NCBI GenBank assembly: GCA_023432235.1 | Contig: JAEYUX010000008.1 | Location: 1-59,877, forward strand | Direction of reading: 5' to 3' | Source of the DNA: Actinomycetes bacterium | GTDB lineage: Bacteria > Actinomycetota > Actinomycetes > Actinomycetales > Demequinaceae | Length of the DNA stretch: 59,877 bases | In this document: positions 48,201-59,825 of the stretch, one piece after another | Layout of the letters: the number at the start of each line of letters is the position of its first letter | How positions within the stretch are numbered: position 1 is the first letter of the stretch | Notes under the pieces: generated by a model | The model's input: only the letters and a program-made list of their open reading frames with translations | Databases searched by the model: none | Told to the model about the DNA's origin: nothing | Made by a program: the position numbers and the translations under genes

Positions 48201-48688
48201 CCGAGCCAACGCTGCGGGATCTCACCGAGGCTGACCTCGAATGGCTCGCGCAGGCCGAACGCGATTTGTTTGGAGCCGGGGCATGGTCCGCCGCCTTGAT
48301 TCGCGAGGACTACCGCTGGGGGAGTAACCGCTACCGCGGCGTTGAGATCAATGGCGAGCTCGTCGCTTATGCGATCTACGGTTTTGAAGGCGATGCCTTC
48401 CACTTGCTCAACATCGCCGTGCTTCCGGCGCATCGGCGAGCAGGCCTCGGACGCCTGTTGTTTGACGAGTTCCTCGCCGAGGCGCAGCGCTTGGGTGCCG
48501 CAGATGTGTGGCTTGAGGTCGCTGTCGACAATGAAGCCGCGCGGGCCATGTACGAGTCGTACGGCTTTGAGCAGGTGCGGGTGCGGCCGCGCTACTACCA
48601 GCCGGGCGATATTGACGCACTTGTCATGCGCAAGATCATGCGACCGTTTACGCCGCAGCCACCCCTGCCGCCAGCGTCGGCGTCTTAG
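48197..48688 (+). CDS. rimI: Ribosomal protein S18-alanine N-acetyltransferase
   Basis: GNAT motifs NIAV..RRAGLG, LEVAVDN..A..Y..GF, RYY; tsaB-rimI synteny. Confidence 0.9.
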   Translation: MTEPTLRDLTEADLEWLAQAERDLFGAGAWSAALIREDYRWGSNRYRGVEINGELVAYAIYGFEGDAFHLLNIAVLPAHRRAGLGRLLFDEFLAEAQRLGAADVWLEVAVDNEAARAMYESYGFEQVRVRPRYYQPGDIDALVMRKIMRPFTPQPPLPPASAS

Positions 48689-49302
48689 AAGACCTTGGCC
48701 GCGTCGTCCCACTCGGGACGGCCAGCACGCGGAGGCGTGCCATCCTCGCCCTCACCAGCGGGGTAGCCGACGGTGAGCACAGCCTGAGCGCTCCAGCCCG
48801 AGTCCGCGAAGAGCCGGTCGGTGATTGCTGCCATGTCAAAGCCGCTCATTGGGCGGACGGCAAGGCCCGCGGCGCGAAGGCCAATGATGAAGTAGCCAAG
48901 TTGAATCCACGTGCTCGAGGCGGCGGTTGCGACGCGGCGCTCGGGTGCGGCTTCAAGCTTCTCCTCAAGTCCCGCGACGGACGGCGAGGTGATGTGGGAG
49001 AGGCGGTGGTAGTTGTTGTCCGCGGCGACGACGATGACCATGGGCGCGGTGTCGACCTTGACGCGATTGCCTCCTGACGCTGCACCGAGCACCACGCCAC
49101 GCGCGTCATCCGAATCCGCGATCGCGATACGCATGGGCATCGAGTTGCCCGAGGTGGGGCCCCACTTGACGAGGTCATAAGCGGCGCGAATCACGTCCAC
49201 CTCGACGGGGGCGTCAGAGAAAGCGAGAGGGGAGCGGGCATCAACGAAGAGGAGGCGTTGAGTGTCGGCGTCGAGGTGCAGTGCATCGGTAGAGATGGTC
49301 AT
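48685..49302 (-). CDS. Nitroreductase-family protein (RutE/malonic semialdehyde reductase-like)
   Basis: LFVDARS, WGPTSGNSMPMR, LRAAGLAVRPMSGFD, VGYP. Confidence 0.85.
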   Translation of the reverse strand: MTISTDALHLDADTQRLLFVDARSPLAFSDAPVEVDVIRAAYDLVKWGPTSGNSMPMRIAIADSDDARGVVLGAASGGNRVKVDTAPMVIVVAADNNYHRLSHITSPSVAGLEEKLEAAPERRVATAASSTWIQLGYFIIGLRAAGLAVRPMSGFDMAAITDRLFADSGWSAQAVLTVGYPAGEGEDGTPPRAGRPEWDDAAKVF

Positions 49303-49318
49303 GTTGACATGACAACAA
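49301..49318 (-). promoter_or_regulatory. Putative MarR-family operator overlapping the nitroreductase start
   Basis: TTGTTGTCATGTCAACAT on the minus strand (GTTG-N6-CAAC); near-copy at 59792-59809. Confidence 0.55.
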
Positions 49319-49409
49319 AACGCTGGAGGTTATTCCCGCAGGCGCGCGCGTGGGCGCAGCAACCGGGAGCGATATTCGGCGCTTCGGCCAACGTTCTAGA
49401 GTGGCGTGC

Positions 49410-50447
49410 ATGGAACTGGTGTTGGGCATCGAGTCGACGTGCGACGAGACAGGCGTTGCGCTTGTGCGTGGACACGAGCTCATTGCCGATGTGGTCGCCT
49501 CCTCGATGGACGAGCATGCGCGATTTGGCGGCATCGTTCCGGAAGTTGCCTCGCGCGCTCACCTCGAGGCCTTCGTGCCCACGGTTCAGGAGGCGCTGTC
49601 TCGGGCTGGAGCGTCTCTCGATGACGTCGATGCGATCGCAGTGGCCTCCGGCCCTGGCCTCGTCGGGTCTCTCACCGTGGGTGTCGCCGCAGCGAAGGCG
49701 CTCTCTCTCGCTCTTGACCGGCCGCTTTACGGCGTCAATCACGTGATCGGTCACGCGGCCGTGGACCAACTTGTCAACGGCGCCTTCCCCGAGCGAACCA
49801 TGGCCCTTGTCGTGTCGGGAGGCCACACGTCCTTGCTCCTTGTCGATGACATCGCGACCTCCGTCACCGAACTTGGGCACACTCTCGACGATGCGGCAGG
49901 AGAGGCTTTTGACAAGGTTGGCAGGCTCCTCGGTTTGCCGTACCCCGGCGGGCCGCACGTTGATCGCTTGGCTCGTGAGGGCGATCCCGAGGCGATCGCG
50001 TTTCCGAGGGCGCTGACGGCGCCGAAGGACCGCGAGCGCCACGCGTACGACTTTTCTTTCTCCGGCCTCAAGACGGCCGTGGCGCGGTGGGTCGAGGCAT
50101 GTGAGGACTCCGGTCGCGCCGTGCCAGTTGCTGACGTGGCGGCATCGTTTGCGGCCGCTGTCGCCGATGTGCTCGTCGCCAAGACTCTCGACGCGTGCGA
50201 GCGTCATGACGTCGACACCTTGGTGATTGGCGGCGGATTCTCCGCCAACAGCCAACTGCGTGATCTCGCCAATGCGCGCGGAGCCGAACGGGGCATCACA
50301 GTGCGGATCCCGCCGCTTAAGTACTGCACGGACAACGGCGCCATGATCGCCGCCCTTGGAAGTGCCGTGGTTGCACGCGGCGTGGCACCAAGCGGGCTCG
50401 GGATCGGTGTCGATTCGTCAATGCCCTTGGAGCGGATCACCGCGTGA
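49410..50447 (+). CDS. tsaD: tRNA N6-adenosine threonylcarbamoyltransferase TsaD
   Basis: [40 protein letters not shown]. Confidence 0.97.
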   Translation: MELVLGIESTCDETGVALVRGHELIADVVASSMDEHARFGGIVPEVASRAHLEAFVPTVQEALSRAGASLDDVDAIAVASGPGLVGSLTVGVAAAKALSLALDRPLYGVNHVIGHAAVDQLVNGAFPERTMALVVSGGHTSLLLVDDIATSVTELGHTLDDAAGEAFDKVGRLLGLPYPGGPHVDRLAREGDPEAIAFPRALTAPKDRERHAYDFSFSGLKTAVARWVEACEDSGRAVPVADVAASFAAAVADVLVAKTLDACERHDVDTLVIGGGFSANSQLRDLANARGAERGITVRIPPLKYCTDNGAMIAALGSAVVARGVAPSGLGIGVDSSMPLERITA

Positions 50448-52069
50448 AGCGGTCGGTCGCTCCCCGCATCGTTCCGCTTCTCGTGGCGGCGATCGCGGTG
50501 ACGGCGTGCTCGGAAGCCAAGGAGGATGAGGCGCCTCCCGCGCCCGCCGAGGTGACGATCCTCGGGCCCGCCTTCGACACCCAGCGGGCCGGTGTTGCTC
50601 GCCTCGCCTGGGGTCCGACGGTGGTGGACGCCGCGCATGCGCGGGTGCGCGCATCGGCGCTGCCTCTTGAGCAAGCGGCGGGGATGGTCATCGTGGCCTC
50701 GTGGAATTCCACGGACCCGACTGGAGCTGCAACGCTCGTTGCCACCGAGCACCTCGCGGGCATCATCCTCATGGGCGATGCGATCGAAAGCCGGGAGCAG
50801 GTGATGGCAACGACGTCCGCCGTTGCAGCCGCAGCGGCGGAGGATGACCGGTGGTGGCCTGCCATCATCTCGACTGATCAAGAAGGCGGCCCGGTGGCGC
50901 GACTGCGTGGACTTGGTCCGGATTTGCCGGCATTCATGGCTGCGGGCTCAGCTACCACTCCGGGGTCCGTCACCGAGGCCTATGCCGCTCAAGCGCGGGA
51001 CATGGCTGACCTTGGCTTTACCGTCGATTGGGCACCCGTCGCAGATGTGACTGTTGGCGCGAGTGACACGACGATTGGTGTGCGCTCGGCCGGCACCGAT
51101 CCGGGCAGGGTGAGCGACGCAGTTGTTGCCGCCGTTGAGGGCTTCTTGAGTGCGGGTGTGCTGCCATCCGCGAAGCATTTTCCGGGACACGGTTCGGTCG
51201 CCACCGATTCCCACGTGGGCTTGCCGGTGCAACACTCGTCGGTCGATGCTCTCGCCGCCCGCGATTTCGCGCCCTTTGCGGCCGCGATCGAACACGGCAT
51301 CCCGATGGTGATGACGGGGCACATCGCGGTGACGGAGTGGGGCGCTGAGCCTGCGACCACGTCGCCCGCCGCATACGACTATCTGCGCAACGACCTCGCC
51401 TTCACGGGAGTTGCGGTGACGGACGCGATGAACATGGCGGGCGTGGCGGACCTCTACGGGCCCGGGGCGGCCGAAGTTGCGGCGCTCGCAGCGGGAGCGG
51501 ACCTCATCCTCATGCCCCGTGATCCCGCGCTTGCCCGCCAGGCGATCATCTCCGCGGTGACGGACGGGACGCTGCCCCGCTCGCGGCTCGATGAAGCGGT
51601 GGGCCGGGTGGCGCTCATGATGGAGTGGCAGGAGAGTCTGTCCGACGCTGTCGCGAGCGCTCCTGTGGACGCGGGCTATGCGCGCCACGCGGCCGGAACG
51701 TGGGCCACCGTCTCGTCTCCCTCCTGTGGGGGCCCGCTTGTTGGTGACTCGGTGACGCTTCGAGGCGGGTGGCCAGCGGAGCGGGCAATTCTCGCCGAGG
51801 CGCTCGCGGAACACGGGATCAGCGCAGGCGGGGGCGCATCAGTGTTGCTACTCGGCTCCGGGGGAGCGTCTGGAGCAGCTGACGTCGTTGTCGCCATGGA
51901 TGCGCCCTGGGGGCTGCCGTCCTCGACTGCCACGACGTACGTGGGCTTGTATGGACGGTCGGCCGACGCTCTGCGCGGCCTTGCGGACGTGCTCGCGGGC
52001 GCCGTCGCTCCAGGTGGCACGTGGGCAATCCCCGGGATGCCGCCGGCCTGTGCCGACAGCGTCGGCTGA
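50444..52069 (+). CDS. GH3 beta-N-acetylhexosaminidase (NagZ-like) lipoprotein
   Basis: Lipobox IAVTAC, DQEGG, KHFPGHG..DSH, VTDAMNM. Confidence 0.88.
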   Translation: MKRSVAPRIVPLLVAAIAVTACSEAKEDEAPPAPAEVTILGPAFDTQRAGVARLAWGPTVVDAAHARVRASALPLEQAAGMVIVASWNSTDPTGAATLVATEHLAGIILMGDAIESREQVMATTSAVAAAAAEDDRWWPAIISTDQEGGPVARLRGLGPDLPAFMAAGSATTPGSVTEAYAAQARDMADLGFTVDWAPVADVTVGASDTTIGVRSAGTDPGRVSDAVVAAVEGFLSAGVLPSAKHFPGHGSVATDSHVGLPVQHSSVDALAARDFAPFAAAIEHGIPMVMTGHIAVTEWGAEPATTSPAAYDYLRNDLAFTGVAVTDAMNMAGVADLYGPGAAEVAALAAGADLILMPRDPALARQAIISAVTDGTLPRSRLDEAVGRVALMMEWQESLSDAVASAPVDAGYARHAAGTWATVSSPSCGGPLVGDSVTLRGGWPAERAILAEALAEHGISAGGGASVLLLGSGGASGAADVVVAMDAPWGLPSSTATTYVGLYGRSADALRGLADVLAGAVAPGGTWAIPGMPPACADSVG

Positions 52070-52118
52070 GAACGCCGCAGCGCGCGAGAGACGCGAACCT
52101 GATCTATACGCTGTGCGC

Positions 52119-52733
52119 GTGACCCTTCTCGCCGGCTTTGGTCTTGGGCTGTCTCTCATCATCGCGATCGGCGCGCAGAACGTCTTTGTCCTCCGCCAAG
52201 GGCTGGCGCGCTCCTATGTCGGACTCGTCGTCGTCATCTGTGCCGTCTCCGATGCCGTCCTCATCGCAGCGGGTGTCGCGGGCCTTGGTGCACTCGTCGA
52301 ATCAACACCGTGGCTTGTCACCGCCGCTCGGGTGGGAGGCGCCGCCTTCTTGTTGGTTTACGGTGCCCTCGCGGCGCATCGCGCGTGGCGGCCACGGGGC
52401 GAGTCGCTTGATACGGCGTCGGGCACTGCGCCGCGTGCCAGGAAGGCAGCCTGGGGTGTTGCCGTCACGGCGCTCGCACTCACGTGGCTCAACCCCCACG
52501 TCTATCTCGACACCGTGTTCCTCCTGGGATCGATTGCCGCAACTCATGGGGACGAACGCTGGCTCTTTGCCGCCGGTGCAATCGCGGGCAGCATCGTGTG
52601 GTTCGCAGGTCTCGGTTACGGGGCACGTTTCCTCAGCCGCTGGTTGTCGAAGCCAGCGGCATGGCGGTGGCTCGACGGCGGCATTGCCGTCGTCATGATG
52701 GTGCTCGCCATCCAGTTGCTGCGCGGCGCCTAA
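52119..52733 (+). CDS. LysE/ArgO family amino-acid exporter
   Basis: AIGAQNVFVLRQG, TWLNPHVYLDT. Confidence 0.93.
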   Translation: MTLLAGFGLGLSLIIAIGAQNVFVLRQGLARSYVGLVVVICAVSDAVLIAAGVAGLGALVESTPWLVTAARVGGAAFLLVYGALAAHRAWRPRGESLDTASGTAPRARKAAWGVAVTALALTWLNPHVYLDTVFLLGSIAATHGDERWLFAAGAIAGSIVWFAGLGYGARFLSRWLSKPAAWRWLDGGIAVVMMVLAIQLLRGA

Positions 52734-53917
52734 GTGGTGGTGCGGAGCGGCTCCGCGATGAGCGCTCGGCGCTGATCACCCACGCGCGTGAGGATGACCG
52801 TGGCCGAGTTGTCTCCGTGAAGTTTCAGTTGGGGGCGAAGCGTCTCTGGCGTGATGTCAACCCCGCGCTTCTTGATGTCGACAATGCCGACGCCGCGCTC
52901 GCGTAGGGCGCCAGCGATGAGTTTTGTCTTGAGTGGGAGGTTCTCCACCACGCGGAAGCCCCGCACAAAGGGAGAGTCAAGTGCGGCGTCGGCCGTGAGG
53001 TAAGCGATCGAGGGCGAGACGAGACGTGCACCGAGTTCATCGGCAAGAGGGCCAACCAGGCCTGCGCGGATGATCGCGCCATCCGGCTCGTAGAGGTACT
53101 CGCCGAGAGGACCGGCATCGCCGGGAATAGGATCTGCGTCGAAGACATCGGCACTGCCGTGCGCGATGACGAGGGCGCTGTGCCCCATCCGGCGGGCGAG
53201 GCGGCCCGACCATAAGCCGAGCTCGACCACGTCGCCATCGACGCTAATCCACTGAGCTTCCACGTCATCGGGGACCGCCTCGTGGGGCAGGGCAGGGCCC
53301 ACCTTGATGCCGAGTTCGGGCCAGCGCGAGCGCAAAGCGAAGACGTCCTCAAGGGGAGGCGAGTAGTCCGCTGTGTGATGACGTCGGCCGCGCCCGTCAC
53401 GGCGGGCCGGGTCCGCGAAGATCGCCTCAACGTCGATTTCGCCTGCGGCAAGCGTGGCCATCGCGTCGGCGTGAACAACGTGTGCGTGAGCCCAATGCCG
53501 GAGATTGAAATCTGCGATGTGGGCGGTCGCCTCATCAAGCTCAAAGGCAAGCACGCCCACGCCAAGAGTTGCCGCCGCCATCGCGTCGGCCCCAAGCCCA
53601 CACGTGAGATCGGCGATCCGGGTGATACCTGCGTCGCGATAACGCTGGGCGTGCAGGGCCGCGACCATGAAGCGTGTTGCCTGCTCGAGCCCGTCTTGAG
53701 TGAACAGCATGCCGCGCGCAAAGTCGCCGAACTTCGCATGGGCTGCAGCGCGAAGTCTGGACTGGGTGAGCACCACGGACACGACTTCGGGTGGGACGCC
53801 TTGGGCGCGCAGGTGCTGGGAACGCGCGAGCGACTCGGATGCGACATAAGGGGGGAGTGCGTCGAGGAGCGCCAATGCCGCGGGACTCGTTGCGAGGCGA
53901 GCGGCGTCGGCATCCAT
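52730..53917 (-). CDS. Class I SAM-dependent methyltransferase with THUMP-like C-terminal domain
   Basis: LEQAT, DLTCGLGAD, FADPARR, YEPDGAIIRAGL, IKKRG; common neighbour upstream of groES in actinobacteria. Confidence 0.85.
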   Translation of the reverse strand: MDADAARLATSPAALALLDALPPYVASESLARSQHLRAQGVPPEVVSVVLTQSRLRAAAHAKFGDFARGMLFTQDGLEQATRFMVAALHAQRYRDAGITRIADLTCGLGADAMAAATLGVGVLAFELDEATAHIADFNLRHWAHAHVVHADAMATLAAGEIDVEAIFADPARRDGRGRRHHTADYSPPLEDVFALRSRWPELGIKVGPALPHEAVPDDVEAQWISVDGDVVELGLWSGRLARRMGHSALVIAHGSADVFDADPIPGDAGPLGEYLYEPDGAIIRAGLVGPLADELGARLVSPSIAYLTADAALDSPFVRGFRVVENLPLKTKLIAGALRERGVGIVDIKKRGVDITPETLRPQLKLHGDNSATVILTRVGDQRRALIAEPLRTTT

Positions 53918-53972
53918 GGCTCGATCCTGGCACGTGCCGCGTTCTCGGTGCGCGAATAGTGGCTCTCTGCGG

Positions 53973-53999
53973 TTAGCACTCAAGCCCCGTGAGTGCTAA
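53973..53999 (+). promoter_or_regulatory. CIRCE element (HrcA operator)
   Basis: Perfect TTAGCACTC-N9-GAGTGCTAA upstream of groES. Confidence 0.95.
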
Positions 54000-54100
54000 A
54001 TTGCTAGTGCTCCATGAGGAGTGCGGACACAGCCCGACCCCCGCGACGGCGGGCCTGAGCCGCTCACAAAACGTAACGTTCAAGGAAGGTGAGGTCCGCA

Positions 54101-54394
54101 GTGTCGGTCTCTATCAAGCCTCTCGAGGACAAGGTTGTGGTGAAGCCGGCAGCTGCCGAGCAGACCACCGCCTCCGGCCTCGTGATCCCTGACACCGCCA
54201 AGGAAAAGCCCCAGGAGGGCGAGATTGTCGCGGTAGGCCCTGGTCGTGTTGACGACAATGGCAACCGCGTCCCGCTCGACGTCAAGGTCGGCGACCGTGT
54301 CATGTACAGCAAGTACGGCGGCACCGAGGTCAAGTACGCGGGCGAGGAGTACCTCATCCTGTCGGTGCGTGACCTGCTCGCGGTTGTCGAATAA
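54101..54394 (+). CDS. groES: Co-chaperonin GroES
   Basis: [35 protein letters not shown]. Confidence 0.98.
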   Translation: MSVSIKPLEDKVVVKPAAAEQTTASGLVIPDTAKEKPQEGEIVAVGPGRVDDNGNRVPLDVKVGDRVMYSKYGGTEVKYAGEEYLILSVRDLLAVVE

Positions 54395-54425
54395 GACGAC
54401 GCCGCTCAGTTTTCGCTGACGCGAG

Positions 54426-54463
54426 AGAAGGCCCCAGAGACTTCACAGTCTCTGGGGCCTTCT
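54426..54463. terminator. Likely bidirectional terminator between groES and whiB
   Basis: AGAAGGCCCCAGAGAC/GTCTCTGGGGCCTTCT perfect 16-bp stem between convergent genes. Confidence 0.75.
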
Positions 54464-54535
54464 TCTACTCCGCGCCGCTTCCGTCGATTGCAGGGGGTTA
54501 CCGACGGGGGCTGCGGTGGTAGCCCGAGCAGGTGG

Positions 54536-54826
54536 TCAACTTGCCTGCTTCAGGCGCCCAGCGAGGATTGCGTGCCGCTCGTCCTCACTGAGACCTCCCC
54601 ACACGCCGAAGGGTTCGCGTGCGGCGAGAGATCGTTCCCGGCAAAGTTCAAGCACGGGGCAGCGCATGCAGTATTGCTTGGCTGCGTCCGCGCGACGGCG
54701 ACGCGCAGCTCCGCGCTCGCCCTCCGGGTGAAAGAAAAGATTGGGGTCGGCCTCACGGCATGCCCCTTCGTATTGCCACTCCCACTGCGCCTGAGTGGGT
54801 GCGGGTAACTGGGCAACGGTGTCCAT
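54536..54826 (-). CDS. WhiB-family Fe-S transcription factor (WhiB3/WhiD-like)
   Basis: Four Cys (C..CxxC..C), FFHPEGERG, GVWGG; groES-whiB-guaB synteny. Confidence 0.92.
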   Translation of the reverse strand: MDTVAQLPAPTQAQWEWQYEGACREADPNLFFHPEGERGAARRRRADAAKQYCMRCPVLELCRERSLAAREPFGVWGGLSEDERHAILAGRLKQAS

Positions 54827-55096
54827 GAATCTCCTCGCGTGTTCGGCGTCCGAACCGACCGTTATGGCCGGATCTTCCCCCCGTAGCCCTCACTAGCGGG
54901 ATCCGCTTGCGCGCGCTCGGGTGGGTGGGACGGTCGCGTCACCCGATAACACGCTCGCTAAGTACGTTTCTACCCCTGAAGTCCCAGGTTGGGAACCCCC
55001 TACTTATGGGGGCACCGCATTGGGGGGCGCCACGACATTGGCATCCGGTATGTCCGAAATGCCGGGCGTGCGTGACGCGTTTCGCCCCCGGCCTAG

Positions 55097-56617
<1,521 letters not shown>

Positions 56618-56653
56618 CGTGTCGCGACCGCGCGGTTTGCTCGCGACGTTCGT

Positions 56654-57391
56654 TTAGGACGGTGTGGCCGAGTCTGCGGGCACCGGCGCGCCCGCGACCG
56701 GCCACTGCTGGCTCGGCAAGTCATTGACAGTGCCCTTGGACTTGAGCCACGCGGAGAAATGCGCCGCCCACATCCGATGGGCCTCGGCCTGCTGGTCGTG
56801 GAGAGAGTCGAGCGGGACCTCGCCAATCGCCGGATACGTGGCGGCGATTGCTGCGACGAGGTCGAGAGTGGCGAGAACGTCGGCGTCGGCTGCGTGAAGG
56901 TCGTCGGCGACCACTGGCACCGCATATGTATTGCACATGTCGATGAGCTTGCGCGGGCCCTTGCGGTAGCGATCGAGGTGGCGGTCCAAGACGAGCGGGT
57001 CGACGATTGGCCGGATGGCGCCGCCCAAGCGCTCGCGGAGAGTGCGCAGGCCGTGCCGCTTCAGTTCACTTTCCACAATGGTGATGTCGTATTGGACGTT
57101 GAAGCCCACGACGGGGATGCCGTGTGCAAGAGCGTCGGCCAACGTCGTCGCGATCTCTTCGAGTGCGACGTGTGGCGCGGTGCCCTCGGCCCGTGCCTTC
57201 TCGGTCGTAATGCCGTGTACCGCCGTCGCTCGCTCGGGGATCTCGATCCCGGGGTTAATGAGCCAGGTGCGCTGAGTGGTCGTGCCGCCTTCACGCACGA
57301 TGACGGCTGCCGTGACGATCCGATCCTCCCGAGGGTTCACCCCCGTGGTCTCCGTGTCGAATCCCACCATCGGTCCCTGTAGCCAGCTCAT
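56654..57391 (-). CDS. DEDDh 3'-5' exonuclease (DnaQ-like)
   Basis: ExoI FDTETTG, ExoII FNVQYD, ExoIII HAADAD. Confidence 0.9.
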   Translation of the reverse strand: MSWLQGPMVGFDTETTGVNPREDRIVTAAVIVREGGTTTQRTWLINPGIEIPERATAVHGITTEKARAEGTAPHVALEEIATTLADALAHGIPVVGFNVQYDITIVESELKRHGLRTLRERLGGAIRPIVDPLVLDRHLDRYRKGPRKLIDMCNTYAVPVVADDLHAADADVLATLDLVAAIAATYPAIGEVPLDSLHDQQAEAHRMWAAHFSAWLKSKGTVNDLPSQQWPVAGAPVPADSATPS

Positions 57392-57457
57392 GGTGTCAGC
57401 CTGTCACGAGCCACTGACGAGGGGGCGGACTACGCGCCGAGCGATAGGCTGGAGCAC

Positions 57458-58585
57458 GTGACGAATGAGATCGAGATTGGCCGCGGCAAGCGTGGCCGCC
57501 GCGCCTTTTCCTTTGATGATGTTGCGGTGGTGCCTTCGCGGCGTACGCGCGACCCCCAGAACGTCTCCCTTGCGTGGCAGATTGATGCCTTCCGCTTTGA
57601 CATTCCCGTCATTGCTGCGCCGATGGACTCGGTGATGAGCCCGCAGACGGCAATTCAGCTCGGCAAGCTCGGTGGCCTTGGTGTGCTTGACCTCGAGGGC
57701 CTGTGGACGCGATACGAAGACCCGACCGCGCTGCTTGCCGAGATTGCCTCGTTGCCCACCGAGGCAACGACGGCCCGCATGCAGGAGATTTACCGCGAAC
57801 CAATCAAGGCCGACCTTATTGCTGCGCGCCTCGGCGAGATTCGCGAGGCTGGAGTGACGGTGGCCGGCGCCCTGAGCCCGCACCGCACCCAGGAACTGTA
57901 CGAGACGGTCCTCAAGGCAGGCGTCGACCTTTTTGTCATCCGCGGCACCACCGTGTCCGCTGAGCACGTCGCCTCTGCTGACGCCGAGCCTCTCAACCTC
58001 AAGAAGTTCATCTATGACCTCGACGTCCCCGTCATTGTGGGTGGCGCATCGACGTACCAGGCGGCACTGCACCTCATGCGGACCGGTGCCGCAGGTGTGC
58101 TCGTTGGCTTTGGTGGAGGTGCGGCGCAGACCACGCGGACCACTCTCGGCATCCACGCCCCCATGGCGACGGCCGTCGCGGATGTGGCGGCGGCGCGCCG
58201 GGACTACCTCGACGAGTCCGGTGGGCGTTACGTCCACGTCATCGCGGACGGTGGCCTTGGCCGCTCGGGCGACATGGTGAAAGCGATCGCATGTGGCGCC
58301 GACGCGATGATGGTGGGTGCCGCACTTGCCCGTGCTGAAGAGGCGCCAGGTCAGGGCTATCACTGGGGTCCTGAGGCTCACCACCCCGAGCTCCCGCGCG
58401 GTGAGCGCGTGCGCGTCGGCACGGTTGGCTCCCTCGAGGAGATCCTCTTTGGCCCCGGCACTCAAGCCGACGGCTCGACAAACCTCATGGGTGCCCTGCG
58501 CCGTTCGATGTCGACCACCGGTTACTCGGATCTCAAGGAGTTCCAGCGCGTCGACGTCGTGGTCAGCCCCTACCAAGCGGGCTGA
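57458..58585 (+). CDS. guaB3: GuaB3-family IMP dehydrogenase-related protein
   Basis: APMDS, GGLGVLDLEGLWTRY, VIADGG; no catalytic Cys (GGGAAQTTR) and no CBS domains. Confidence 0.92.
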   Translation: MTNEIEIGRGKRGRRAFSFDDVAVVPSRRTRDPQNVSLAWQIDAFRFDIPVIAAPMDSVMSPQTAIQLGKLGGLGVLDLEGLWTRYEDPTALLAEIASLPTEATTARMQEIYREPIKADLIAARLGEIREAGVTVAGALSPHRTQELYETVLKAGVDLFVIRGTTVSAEHVASADAEPLNLKKFIYDLDVPVIVGGASTYQAALHLMRTGAAGVLVGFGGGAAQTTRTTLGIHAPMATAVADVAAARRDYLDESGGRYVHVIADGGLGRSGDMVKAIACGADAMMVGAALARAEEAPGQGYHWGPEAHHPELPRGERVRVGTVGSLEEILFGPGTQADGSTNLMGALRRSMSTTGYSDLKEFQRVDVVVSPYQAG

Positions 58586-58633
58586 GCCGTCCGATCCACG
58601 GGCGGCGTCAGTGTGACCCCGTAGCCTGAGCCC

Positions 58634-59227
58634 GTGATGGAGCGCGAAGAGTTCTGCGTGGCGGATGCCGCAGCGTGGCGGCGATGGCTTGATACGGAAG
58701 AGTCGCGCTCGGATGGCGTGTGGCTTGTGCTTGCCAAGAAGGGCACCACCTCGCCCACCTCGCTCAGCTACGCAGAAGCTCTCGATGAGGCGCTGTGCTC
58801 CGGCTGGATCGATGGGCAGAAGCGCGCTCGCGATGCCGCGACCTTCATTCAGCGTTTCACCCCGCGGCGTTCACGCTCGATGTGGTCCGCCCGCAATGTT
58901 GAACACATCGCCCGGCTTGAGGCGGAGGGCCGGATGAGGCCGCGAGGCCGTGCCGAGGTGGAGGCCGCCAAGGCTGACGGTCGCTGGGAGCGTGCGTACC
59001 AGGGTTCGGCCGACGCCGTGGTGCCCGAGGACCTCGCGGCGGCGCTTGCCGCGGCCCCTGAGTTGGGGGAGCGGTTTGAGGCTCTCAACCGCGCGCAGCG
59101 CTATTCGATTCTTCATCCGCTCATGGTGGCGGCCACCCCCGAGACTCGTGCGCGACGCCTGCAAAAGGCGCTGGAGACTCTCCGAGAGCACCACCTCCGT
59201 TCTGCCCCAGAAGGCACTGAGGGTTGA
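58634..59227 (+). CDS. YdeI/OmpD-associated family protein
   Basis: WRRWL, EALCSGWIDG, FTPRR..S.WS..N, VPEDL. Confidence 0.88.
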   Translation: MMEREEFCVADAAAWRRWLDTEESRSDGVWLVLAKKGTTSPTSLSYAEALDEALCSGWIDGQKRARDAATFIQRFTPRRSRSMWSARNVEHIARLEAEGRMRPRGRAEVEAAKADGRWERAYQGSADAVVPEDLAAALAAAPELGERFEALNRAQRYSILHPLMVAATPETRARRLQKALETLREHHLRSAPEGTEG

Positions 59228-59332
59228 TGTGCCTGTGCGAGTGACCATGAGTGCCTTCGGTGGGTTGCTTGCACGGCACCCAGACGTCAAAGGCTGACGG
59301 TTCTACGCTAAGAAGCGACAAGGAGGCGCAGC

Positions 59333-59716
59333 ATGAACATTCGTCAAGCGGCCGTTGGGGCAGTCGCGATCGATGTCGGCGCGATTGTGGTGTTCGCCGC
59401 GATCGGACGCGCGCGCCATGACGACGGAGTACTAGGGGACTCCGGCCTTGGCCTCGCGACCACGGTGTGGCCCTTTGTCGTTGGTGCCCTCATCGGGTGG
59501 TGGCTCATTCGCGGTTGGAAGAAACCGTGCGCGTGGAAGCCGACGGGTCTCGCTGTGTGGGCGGGTTCGCTTGCGATTGGCATGACCCTGCGGGCCGTAA
59601 CCGGCCAGGGTGTGCAATGGAGTTTTGTCCTTACCGCTGCGCTGGTGCTGGCGGTCTTCCTCATCGGTTGGCGCATCGTGTCGGGCGTCATTGCGAAGAG
59701 GCGCGGTCTCAAATAG
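59333..59716 (+). CDS. Small 4-TM membrane protein (DUF3054-like)
   Basis: D..VVFAAIGR..H, WPF, GMTLR, GWR; AAGGAGG SD. Confidence 0.78.
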   Translation: MNIRQAAVGAVAIDVGAIVVFAAIGRARHDDGVLGDSGLGLATTVWPFVVGALIGWWLIRGWKKPCAWKPTGLAVWAGSLAIGMTLRAVTGQGVQWSFVLTAALVLAVFLIGWRIVSGVIAKRRGLK

Positions 59717-59759
59717 CGCGCGTCTGAGCGATGCGGGAATGACGTCGCCCGCATCTTTG

Positions 59760-59809
59760 TTGACACGTCACCTACATCACCCTATGTTGTGTTGTTGTCG
59801 TTTCAACTA
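59760..59809 (+). promoter_or_regulatory. Promoter with a downstream MarR-type operator
   Basis: TTGACA-N17-TATGTT (59760-59788) followed by TTGTTGTCGTTTCAACTA (59792-59809). Confidence 0.6.
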
Positions 59810-59825
59810 ATTCTTAAGGACTCCC

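Noticed and set aside
54001..54027. Possible second CIRCE upstream of groES
   Set aside because: Only a right half-site (GAGTGC) is present; the left arm and spacing do not fit
57458..58585. IMPDH-like protein lacking the catalytic Cys as a possible pseudogene
   Set aside because: ORF is intact and this is the known GuaB3 subfamily pattern
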